The notes below the pieces were generated by a model, which was not told where the DNA came from, did not search any database, and was given only the letters and a program-made list of their open reading frames with translations. The position numbers and the translations under genes are program-made. A DNA stretch of 64,000 nt from Octopus sinensis. Taxonomy: Eukaryota. Below, one piece after another: positions 13,231 to 23,999 of the stretch; positions within the stretch are counted from its first letter, which is position 1, and each line of letters starts with the position of its first letter. The stretch is taken from positions 76,322,001 through 76,386,000 of the forward strand of contig NC_043003.1 of the NCBI RefSeq assembly GCF_006345805.1. Reading direction: 5' to 3'.

Positions 13231-14041
13231 TACATATTTTATTCATATTTTCTGTACATATAACTGGTATTGATTTTGGTCTCAGTCTCGGTATCAGCGT
13301 TTAATTATTTTTCTACAAGTTTTACCTACTCACTGAAATTGCCTGACAGAATGCTCATATATTCTGCTTATTTTTGGTTAGAATATTCTGATGCTGAACT
13401 TTATCGTTCACAATATTTTGCAGAGTATTATGTAAATATCATTGTCATATGCTATATTTAATGTTCATGTTTTACATCACATATTCATGCAAACGTGACA
13501 CAGAAGGATTGAGGAGAACTAGCAAACTTAGCTTAAATAAGCTGATGCCTGGGGCATAAATTTTCCATTGTATCTTAATGTTGACATTATCCGATGAGTT
13601 GATATTTTTTCAGCTAACCTTTAAAGCGAACATATATAAGTAGCCGTTGAACAAGGCTTACAGAGTAGTCAATCTATATAACTGTGTGAGAGCTTGTGTG
13701 GGTGTGAAGAATTGTATGCCCATGCGTGTGAGTGTAGAAATTTGTGTCTGTGGGGGAAATGGGAGAAACAAGACAAAAATTTAAGATACTCAAGAACTTG
13801 TGAACGGAGACGGAATTAAAACGAGAAAAGTATTTTGATTAAAGATTAGAGAGACGGAGAAAGCAATAATTTAGACAATACAAAACAACAAGGTAAAATA
13901 GACAAAGTACAGTGTACTGTAATGCGATATAAACAAAATGCTGAGCCTTCATTTGATGTCAAGTAAACGTTGTAAGTTGTTTGGGACACCTATTGACGTG
14001 AAGACAAAACCTTTTGGAGTGTTCAGTAGCTAAAGAATAAC
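13231..14041 (-). repeat. Unclassified ~850-bp block, copy 2 (inverted)
   Basis: Its reverse complement is colinear with copy 1 from end to end. Confidence 0.85.
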
Positions 14042-14084
14042 TGTTAAGATGTATGTTGATGTTGCTGTTGTTGATGCTGCTAAT

Positions 14085-14425
14085 GCTTCTTCTTCTTCTT
14101 CTTCTTCTTCTTCTTCTTCTTCTCTTTTCTTCTTTTTTTTTCTTCTTCTCTTCTTCTTCTATTCTTCTTCTTCTTCTACATCTTCTTCTTTTCTTCTTCT
14201 TCTTCTATTTCTTCTTCTTCCTTCCTTCTTCTTCTTCTTCTTCTCTTCTACTTCTACTTCTTCTTCTTCTTCTACTCTTTTTTCTTCTTCTACTTCTACT
14301 TCTTATTCTTCTTCTTCTACTACTTCTTTTTCTTCTTGCTCTTCTTCCTCTTCTTCCTCTTCCTCTTCTTCCCTCTTCTGCTTCTTCCTCTTCTGCTTCT
14401 TCTTCTTCTTCTTCTACTTCTACGG
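14085..14425. repeat. (CTT)n-based mosaic low-complexity tract
   Basis: Read directly; it accounts for the poly-S/L/F ORFs. Confidence 0.9.
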
Positions 14426-14442
14426 TTGCTTCTAATTTTTAA

Positions 14443-14655
14443 TTTTTGCAGTCACTAGACTATGATACGCTGGGGGTACCGTCTTAAAAATTCTTTAGTC
14501 GAATGAGTCGACCTCAGTTCTTTGCTTTTTAAGCATAATATTTATTCTGTTACCCTTTTTGTCGAGTCGCTAACTTGCTGAGACGTAAACACACCAACAC
14601 CGGTTGACAAACAGTAGAGGGGAGAAAAACACAGACACAATGACACAGACAGATA
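14443..14655 (-). mobile_element. SINE family B, 3' half, degenerate
   Basis: Contains gacgtaaacacaccaacaccggttg...aaacacagacac and ttagtcga motifs shared with other family B copies. Confidence 0.7.
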
Positions 14656-15273
14656 TGAAACAAGTAAACGATGAAAACGGTCATTTACATGATTTAAAAA
14701 GACGATCCATTTTTTTTTCTTTCTTACTTTTTCAACAGTAGCAAAACACGGGTTTGTTAATACAAGCAGGGAACTAGAATCGTTTGATATACGCAAAAAC
14801 GCAACAGCTCAAATCTCTCGGCATTCGTATAAATTCGGAACTACTACCGATTAAATAAAAATACACGCGTGCGCACCTGCACACACACAGGCCTATACAC
14901 ACGCACACCGGCACACACACACATCTCCAGACACACACACACATACACACAAGTCCTCACACAAATATATCACATATATACAAATATCAGTATGTGCGTG
15001 TAGGTAGTGTATAGAAGCGTACAAGATGAGGTGGTTATGAAGTTCATTTATTAATCCAGGATTCTCGAGTATGATTCTTCTACATAGATTCTTTGCCGAG
15101 TGACTTGTGTGGAAACCCGAGGTGTTGTCTCACGCTGATTGTGCTTGAACGTTTCTTTAATAATTAATAACAATTCAATGAGTATGTATTGCGATTCTTG
15201 AGCTGATGGTCAACATCATTCTCAGTGGGGGAGTCTATCATCATTTTCTCCATCTGCATCAGCAGCAGCAGAG

Positions 15274-15470
15274 TGGAGGTGCAATGGCCCAGTGGTTAGG
15301 GCAGCGGACTCGCGTTCAGAGGATCACGGTTTCGATTCCCAGATCGGGCGTTGTGTGTGTTTATTGAGCGAAAAGACCTAAAGCTGCACGATGCTCCGGC
15401 AGGGGGTGATGGCGATCCCTGTTATACTCTTTCGCCCCAACTTTATCTCACTCTTTCTTCCTGTTTCTTG
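15274..15470 (+). mobile_element. tRNA-Arg-like SINE (family R), 3'-truncated
   Basis: Starts tggaggtgcaatggcccagtggttagggcagcggactcgc and is homologous to 34908-35290. Confidence 0.85.
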
Positions 15471-15630
15471 TCCCCGACTTTCTACTCAACCGCTGAGCCT
15501 GGATGCGTATTCAACCATCCGTCCATGCTCTCGATTTGGACTTCTCCCACTGCGAGTTCTGGGACGAAGACCGCTTCGCTCAACTGCAACAGCAACAGCA
15601 GCAGCAGAAACAGCAGCTGCTGCAACAGCG

Positions 15631-18470
15631 AAGGCGGCGAGTTGGCAGAATCGTTAGCACGCCTGGCGAAATTCGTATCCGTATTTCGTCTGCCACTACG
15701 TTCTGAGTTCAAATTCTGCCGAGGTCGACTTTGCTTTTCATCCTTTCGGGATCGATAAATTCAGTACCAGTTACGCACTGGGGTCGATGTAATCGACTTA
15801 ATGCGTTTGTCTGTCCTTCTTCGTCCCCTCTGTGTTTAGCCCCTTGTGGGTAGTAAAGAAATAGTTATTTCGTCTGCCGTTACGTTCTAAGTTCAAATTC
15901 TGCCGAGGTCGACTTTGCTTTTCATCCTTTCGGGGTCGATAAATTAAGTACCAGTTACACACTGGGGTCGATGTAACCGACTTATTCCGTTTGTCTGCCC
16001 TTGTTTGTCTCCTCTATGTTTAGCCCCTGGTGGGTAGTAAAGAAATAGGTATTTATATAAGAAGGCGGCAAACTGGCAGAAACGTTAGTACGCCGGGCGA
16101 AATGCTTAGCGTTATTTCGTCTGCCGTTACGTTCTGAGTTCAAATTCCGCCAAGGTCGACTTTGCCTTTCATCCTTTGGAGGTCGATAAATTCAGTACCA
16201 GTCACGCACTGGGGTCGATGTAATCAACTTACTCCGTTTGTCTGTCCTTGTTCGTCCCCTTTGTGTTTAGTCCTTTGTGGCTAGTAAAAAATAGGTATTT
16301 CGCCTGCCGCTACCTTGTGAGTTCAAATTCCGCCGAGATCCACTTTGACGTTCATCCTTTCGGGGTCGATTAAATAAGTACCAGTTACGCACTAGGGTCC
16401 ATAAAATCAACTTATACCGTTTGTCTGTCTTAGTTATTTTCCTCTGTGTTTAGCCCTTGTGGGTAGTAAAGAAATAGTTATTCGTCTGCCGTGCGTTACG
16501 TTCTAAGTTCAAATTCTGCCGAGGTCGACTTTGCTTTTCATCCTTTCGGGGTCGATAAATTAAGTAACCAGTTACACACTGGGGTCGATGTGTAACCGAC
16601 TTATTCCGTTGTCTGCCCTTGTTTGTCTCCTCTATGTTTAGCCCCTGTGTGTGTGTAGTAAAGAAATAGGTATTTATATAAGAGGCGGCAAACTGGCGAA
16701 ACGTTAGTACGCCGGGCGAAATGCTAGCGTTTATTTCGTCTGCCGTTACGTTCTGAGTTCAAATTCCGCCAAGGTCGACTTTGCCTTTCATCCTTTGGAG
16801 GTCGATAAATTCCGTACCAGTCACGCACTGGGGTCGATGTAATCAACTTACTCCGTTTGTCTGTCCTTGTTCGTCCCCTTTGTGTTTAGTCCTTTGTGGC
16901 TAGTAAAAAATAGGTATTTCGCCTGCCGCTACCTTGTGAGTTCAAATTCCGCCGAGATCCACTTTGACGTTCATCCTTTCGGGGTCGATTAAATAAGTAC
17001 CAGTTACGCACTAGGGTCCATAAAATCAACTTATACCGTTTGTCTGTCTTAGTTATTTTCCTCTGTGTTTAGCCCTTGTGGGTAGTAAAGAAATAGTTAT
17101 TTCGTCTGCCGTTACGTTCTAAGTTCAAATTCTGCTGCCGAGGTCGACTTTGCTTTTCATCCTTTCGGGGTCGATAAATTAAGTACCAGTTACACACTGG
17201 GGTCGATGTAACCGACTTATTCCGTTTGTCTGCCCTTGTTTGTCTCCTCTATGTTTAGCCCCTGGTGGGTAGTAAAGAAATAGGTATTTATATAAGAAGG
17301 CGGCAAACTGACTGGCGAAACGTTAGTACCCGGGCGAAATGCTTAGCGTTATTTCGTCTGCCGTTACGTTCTGAGTTCAAATTCCGCCAAGTCGACTTTG
17401 CCTTTCATCCTTTGGAGGTCGATAAATTCAGTACAGTCACGCACTGGGGTCGATGTAATCAACTTACTCCGTTTGTCTGTCCTTGTTCGTCCCCTTTGTG
17501 TTTAGTCCTTTGTGGCTAGTAAAAAATAGGTATTTCGCCTGCCGCTACCTTGTGAGTTCAAATTCCGCCGAGATCCACTTTGACGTTCATCCTTTCGGGG
17601 TCGATTAAATAAGTACCAGTTACGCACTAGGGTCCATAAAATCAACTTATACCGTTTGTCTGTCTTAGTTATTTTCCTCTGTGTTTAGCCCTTTGTGGGT
17701 AGTAAAGAAATAGGTATTTTGTCTGTCTTATCGTTCTGAGTTTAAATTCTGCCGTGGTCGACTTTACCTTTCATTCTTTCCGGGTCGATATATTAAATAC
17801 CAGGTGCGTACTGTTGCCGATCTGATCGAGTGCCCCCCCTCCCGAAAATTTTCTCGGCTTCTGTCTAGAGTTGAAAAGAATATTTCATATTTAAAGGCGG
17901 TGACCTGGCAGAAACCTTTGCACGCCGGGCGAAATGCGTAGCCTTATTTCGTCTGCCGTTACGTTCTGAATTCAAATTCCGCAGAGGTCGACATTGCCTT
18001 CTATCCTTTCGGGGTCGATTAAATAAGTACCAGTTACGCGCTGGGTTCGATATAGTCGACGTAATCCGTTTGTCTGTCCTTGTTTGTCCCCTTTGTGTGT
18101 AGACCCTTGTGGGCAACAAAGAAATAAGAAACGTTAGCACGCCGGGCGAAATGCTTAGAGGTGTTTCGTCTGCCGCTATGTTCTGAGTTCAAATTCCACC
18201 GAGGTTACGCGTTGGGGTCGATATAATCGATTTAATCCGTTTGTCTGTCCTTGTTTGTCCTCTCAGTATTTAGCCCCTTGTGGGTAGTAAAGAAATAGGT
18301 ATTTCGTATGTCTTTACGTTCTGAGTTCAAATTCCGCCGAGGTTGACATTGATTTCGCCATTTCAGGGTCGATAAGTTAAGTACAAGTTGCATGCTGGGT
18401 CGATCTAATCGGCTAACCCCCTCCCCTCAAATTTTAGGCCGTGTGCCTAGAGTAGAAAAGAATATTTAAT
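15631..18470 (+). repeat. Tandem array of ~14 SINE-A units containing three copies of a ~615-bp higher-order repeat
   Basis: Units are ~185 bp. Diagnostic variants recur as A/(head)B/C at ~15865, 16478 and 17097, with more diverged units on both flanks. Confidence 0.95.
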
Positions 18471-18476
18471 ATTTAA

Positions 18477-19300
18477 CTAGTGAACACTCGACTCGAAAAA
18501 TGTTCTGTGTTCACGTCAGTAGGTGTTCCAAACAGCTTTTAACATTTACTTCACATCAAATAAAGGGTCAGCATTTAATTTATATTATATTTCTGTACAC
18601 TGCACTTTGTCTATATAACCCTATTCTTTTGTATCGACTAAATTATTGCTTTTTCCGTTTCTGTGTAATCTTTAATCAAAATACTTATCTCGTTTTAATT
18701 TCGTCTTCGTCATTTAGATCTTGTTTATCTTAGGGTTTTATGTCTGTTTTCTTCATTTTTCCATGTACACGTGTGGTGGGTATGGTTTCACACACACGCC
18801 TGCGCATACCTCCCCCCTAATCCGACCTTCTATCACACTCAGATATATAAATTAACCATTTTGTAACGCTTTTTCGACAGCCGCTTATAAATGTTCACTT
18901 TAGAGATTAGCTAAAAATATATTAACTCATCGGATAATGTCAACATTAAGATACATGGGAAAATTGATGCCCCTTTTATCAATTTATTAAAGCTGTGTTT
19001 TCTGGTCCTCTACTTCATTCTGTTTCCCGAGGTAAAACATGAACATTATTTACAGTTGATAACAATTTCTGCAATATTCTATATAATATTGAGAGCGGTA
19101 AAGCTCAATATCTGAATAACCTAATCACAAATAGACAGAAATGGTGAGCATTCTGTCACACAATTTCACTGAATCTTCTTTCGGTAAGTAGGTAAGAACG
19201 TTTTAAGAATCAATCACGCAGAATTTAAATAAACGAGATGTCGCGAATGAGACCAAAACCGATATCAGTTATATGTAATGAAAATATGGATAAACAATAT
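18477..19300 (+). repeat. Unclassified ~850-bp block, copy 3
   Basis: Colinear with copies 1 and 2; directly abuts the end of the SINE array. Confidence 0.85.
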
Positions 19301-19549
19301 AGAATGCGTATGCATGTATGTATGTATGTATGTATGTATGTATGTATGTATGTATTTATGTATGGGATCTTTCCTTTTGATTGGCAGGTCGATAATTTTT
19401 TTTTTTTTAACAAAACACCTTCAGATACTGGTAGAATGCGTCATATAGAACATCTTTCTATTTACGAAGTTATTTCGTGTTAAAGTTGTCGAATTTCGTT
19501 TATTTCAACCAATTTCGGTAACTTCAACCTGCCGAGCAAAAGGAAAAGA

Positions 19550-19735
19550 TAATCTGTATGTCAGGTCGCTCTTGAGTGTTACTGGTGGCATGTAACCTAG
19601 TACAGACTGTCGCACGGTCGGGTGGTCGGCGACTAAACTGGCAAACCCACCAGGCTTGCTTCGTGACGAGGTGCTGTTGGACACCCATGGGATGAAAAGG
19701 AAGACCTGTCAAAGGTTTATGACCTCCTGAACAGT
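19550..19735 (-). mobile_element. Fragment of a non-coding repeat resembling an RTE-type 5' leader
   Basis: Its reverse complement aligns with 41100-41250 (tttagtcgccgac...gtact.ggttacatg..accagta.cactc.a.ag.gacctgacata). Confidence 0.7.
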
Positions 19736-20024
19736 CAATGGCCATCCAACAAAATGTCTGTAAATATGTATATATCTTTTTTGTATGTGTATGTGCATAA
19801 TTTTACTTTATATATATATTATTCTATATCTTTTAATTGCATATCTTTTCCTTTTCTTTATATAATATTATTTATATGTAATTCTTATTCACACATCGTG
19901 CTTTTTTTAATTTTTTATATGTATATATATGTGTATATTTTTACTTATGTATATATATTTATATTTATTGTAAATCTTTTAATTTTTTATATTTATATAA
20001 ATTCTTATTTACATTTGCAAATCA

Positions 20025-20168
20025 TATATAGACAGAAATGGTGGGCATTCTGTCACACAATATCACTGAATCCTCTTTCGGTAAGTAGGTAAGAACCTTT
20101 TAAGAATCAATCACGCAGAATTTAAATAAGCGAGATGTCGCGAATGAGACCAAAACCGATATCAGTAA
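20025..20168 (+). repeat. Partial copy 4 of the ~850-bp block
   Basis: Near-identical to 19130-19268, with only a few substitutions. Confidence 0.9.
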
Positions 20169-20169
20169 T

Positions 20170-20650
20170 TTCTTTGTGAATTAGCTACTCCCGCCGGTCA
20201 TTGGAGTGATGTTTGATCACTGAATGTCGGGTTGCTGTCTAGAATGGAATATATTACCTCATGGGCAGGTAGAAGTTCTTTAAACTTGGTTGGTAATCTA
20301 CCTAGGAGAAGGAAATCTCCGAAATAAATCCTGAGGCCTTGGACGTTCCTAGTTTTGTCAATATTCATGTCACACCGGCGAAAGTCTTCTTCGACCAATA
20401 GGTGGGGTAGTGCAGGTGCAAGCTGCACCCAATGAAAATTATTCATCTGCACAGTTACTCCCTGTACTCCAAATCTTAGTAAAATCATTCAGTTGGTTAG
20501 TCGGCAGAAACCTAAAAATGCACTTACAACTTACTCTAAAATGTCTGAAACAGATCCAGTAAATGGCAAAAAAGGCTTGGGAACGGCAAGTGTCCCAGTA
20601 TATCACAGGCTGGACTCAGTCGTCATACTGCCACTGTGGTAAACAATCAT
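20170..20650 (-). mobile_element. Possible RTE-type 5' leader fragment
   Basis: Moderate GC. Contains ttccttctcctaggtagattaccaaccaag...ctgccc, resembling the motif at ~40935 and RTE leaders as I recall them. No protein evidence. Confidence 0.35.
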
Positions 20651-20653
20651 CAA

Positions 20654-20820
20654 GAAAAATTTTTCTGCCCTTTGAATTCGTAGCTGTATTTCTGTATCAA
20701 GATTTCCATCATTTTGAACAGAGCTTCCAAGGTAGATGACCGAATCGACAAACTCAAGTGACGAATCCTTAACAAAAATTTTAGGTGGGGTTACAAACAG
20801 CATTTGGGGGCTTGGTGCCA
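20654..20820 (-). mobile_element. RTE LINE RT/thumb fragment, inverted segment
   Basis: The minus strand reads PPKIFVKDSSLEFVDSVIYLGSSVQNDGNLDTEIQLRIQRAEKFF (RTE pattern F.YLGS.....G.LD.EI..RI.KA). Confidence 0.85.
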
Positions 20821-21470
20821 CGCGTTTGGTGCCAGTGACATATAAATAAGAATACAAAGCTGGCTTTTTACAAATCATTTGTCTCACCATCCCTGTTGTA
20901 TTCCTGTGAAACATGGCCTTGTTATGAAAGGTATTTTAAACTATTAGAACAATTCCACCAAAATTGACTTCATCGCATTTAAAAAATTAAATGGAGTAGT
21001 TCTTTTGCTCCAAACACAGATGTCCTTGAATCTGCAGGTATCACCTCAATTAAAGCCATGATTTTGAGGAACCAATTGAGACGATGTGGCCATATTGTTC
21101 GAATGGTAGATGAACGCATGCCGAAACAGCTGTTTTATGGTGAGCTTGCAGAGGGAACGCTATCGGCGTAAACCTAAAAAAACGGTTTAAGGACTACTAC
21201 GAAGTAACTTGGAATGGTTCCAGAAGATATAGAAACCCTTGCTTCGGATCGAGTTGGATGGTGAACAAAGGTGTGGAGGGTGCTTGGTGAGGAGGGTGAT
21301 TGTTTGACAATCTGCAGGACGAAAGAGAAGACATGTCAAAGGGCAGAATAACTCATGAGCGGTCAACGGAAATGCAACAATATGTGTACCTGTATATGTA
21401 TGCATTAATGTATGCACGGGGACGTGGAAATACCTGGGTTAGTGTCCAGGCGCGCGGTTAGCCCACTGGG
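20821..21470 (+). mobile_element. RTE LINE C-terminal segment, degenerate
   Basis: Reads RVWCQ*HINKNTKLAFYKSFVSPSLLYSCETW...LLEQFHQ...KIKW...NTDVLESAGITSIKAMILRNQLRRCGHIVRMVDERMPKQLFYGEL. Confidence 0.9.
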
Positions 21471-22523
21471 AGTTGGAGGTCACTCTGTTGCTATCACAAC
21501 ATCTCTCTAGGAGAGGGAAACTCAAAGAGAAAACCTGCAACGCTGACAATATTCGACAATGTAGACTAGTTATTCTTTTCGAGTTTATGTTGCCAATATT
21601 CAGAGAGTGGGATTGGATTTGTGCAAATCCTTTCCCCACTATAAAAAAAACCATGCACAAGCGTCACTTGAAAAAAAATAAGACCTATCACAAAAATGGC
21701 AGGTCGTAACCTTTGCATGTACGGGTCTTTCAATCAGGTATGGCAGTACTCGAACACGTGTATGTATGTCATTTTTCAGTTTTATTTCAAGATTTCTTGC
21801 CAATAGAGAAAGTGTGGGTTTCTCACCTAGATTCAATACTCCTTCATTGGAATTTCAACATCAACAAAAGGGTATTTTCGTTTGTGCATGCATGTACAAG
21901 TATACGAGAATGGATTGACTGATTAATGGAAGGATAGATACAACTTGATAATTATATCTCAGTATCTCTAAGTTGATTAATTATATAGAACCTTGTCAAT
22001 CTATTTCCTATACTATTATGATGTTTCCTCGATTTTCAGCAAGTTTCATTGGGGTCGTATACAACAATATAAGCAATACCAATATCACTGATGTGTAAAA
22101 GATAGTCAGTTAATTATCCTAATATAAGCTGATGCAAGCAGACCATGGCAAATACTATAATCTGTAGTTAAGAAAGACAGAGGACAATTTATGGATCAGT
22201 GATTCAGTAGAGAATTGTAGAGAGAGAGAGAGAGAGAGAGAAGAGAGGAGGGGATAAACACAGAGGATAGGGTGGGGCGAGACGAGGAAATTGTGATAGT
22301 GAGAAAATGTATGGAATAATTGTACATTAATTGGAAAAGTAAGAAAGAAGAAGAAATAGGCGGGGAAACTGACCAACTAATAAAACTGATACAACCATTC
22401 GCATCCGCATTGAAAATCTTATTTCTACACAAAATGTGTTTCGCTGTTTATGTGTGAAAGTATTGCATGCAGAATATACTCAGACACACATGCTTATAAA
22501 CATGCACGAGAATGAAAGAGAAT

Positions 22524-22558
<35 letters not shown>

Positions 22559-22589
22559 AAAGAGAAATAGAGAGAATGATGCATATGTG

Positions 22590-22710
22590 GAAGCTGGCGT
22601 AGCTGTGTGGCAAGAAGTTCTGGATACAGTCCAACCTCATGGCACCTTGTTTAAGTGTTATCCGCTATAACCTTGACATGAATAAAGCCTTCTGAGTGAC
22701 ATTGGTAGAC
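22590..22710 (+). mobile_element. SINE family B head, degenerate
   Basis: gctgtgtggcaagaag...cagtcc..ggcaccttg...ataaagccttctgagtgacattggtagac. Confidence 0.6.
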
Positions 22711-22820
22711 CTATCTATCTATCCATCTATCTGTCGATATATATATAGATCTATGTATATATATGTGTGTATGTGTGTATATGTGTGTGCGTGTGTGTGT
22801 GTGTCTGTGTGTCTGTGTGT

Positions 22821-22851
<31 letters not shown>

Positions 22852-23798
22852 CGTGTGCAGACTTCAACTCGACTGTTCTCTATCATGTTAGTGCGTGCTG
22901 AGGTAAATGAGACTATTATACCAATGCAGAAACCACATGAGTCCAAATACTTGAATGTATGCTGGGAGATTGACTTAGCCTCTTTGATTAATTTGATTAA
23001 TTTTAATCCTTCAGCTATTTAATGTTTTTTTTAGGAGGCTGCAATCATCTATATTATTGATTTTGTTATTATCGTATTCAATATGTTACACTAAATAATA
23101 ACAGAGTCAATGATATCTTCGCAAATTATTTTTTTCGTGAATTATTTTTTCTTGTGAATTATTTGCTCCGTACTAAATATATGTGTATGTATATGTGTGT
23201 GTGCCCGTGTGCGTGCGTGCACGTGTGCGTGTGTGCACGTGTGCGTGTGTGCACGTGTGCTTGTGTGCACGTGTCTGTGTGTCTTTGTGTCTGTGCTTGT
23301 CCCCATCCCGGTTTGAGTGGGTTTATGGGATCTTAGTCTAAAGGTTTCCCAAAAGGGACCATTGCAATTCGTACTAGACTGTAAATATGAGCAGTAGTGG
23401 GGGATTCGTTAGATTGGTGTATGTGTGCGTGTATGCACACACACACTCACGCAAAATCACACAAACACACATACATACGAGATGTTGCTGAAAAGTAAAA
23501 GAAAATACCAGAAAAGATCTGTTACTTTTGACTTTATTCTGCATATTACTTTCTCAGATTCATAAACTAATTACAGCGATCCTACATTTGTTCTAAGCTC
23601 TGTAAAATACCTCTGAATGTTACGGCTTCAACCATACCTTTGGCGATGCCCTTGAAGCCAGAAACGTTTTAGCACACACTAATATGTGTGTACGTGTGTT
23701 CGTGTGTGTGTGTGTGTGTATGTGTATGGATGTATGTGTGTATATATTATTATTACTATTATTATTATTATCATTATTATTATTATTATTATTATTAT

Positions 23799-23846
<48 letters not shown>

Positions 23847-23999
23847 CATTATTATTGATATATATATATATATATATATATCAACGTGATCACCGTGACC
23901 GACCAGGCTATCAGATATTGCTACACATCACTGGTCACAATGCGCTTCGCATTGTTTTATCCTTCAAATAACGCCACCCCGCTGGCTAAGCAAGCAGGC

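Noticed and set aside
14739-14854. Possible terminal exon AKHGFVNTSRELESFDIRK...TTTD* with AATAAA
   Set aside because: Strong acceptor, but short, unrecognised and not linkable to other exons.
15503-15706. Poly-Q ORF
   Set aside because: A CAG-rich patch wedged between two SINEs; the ORF runs into SINE sequence.
15631-18470. CRISPR-like array
   Set aside because: Whole ~185-bp units repeat with no unique spacers, there are no cas genes, and the context is eukaryotic.
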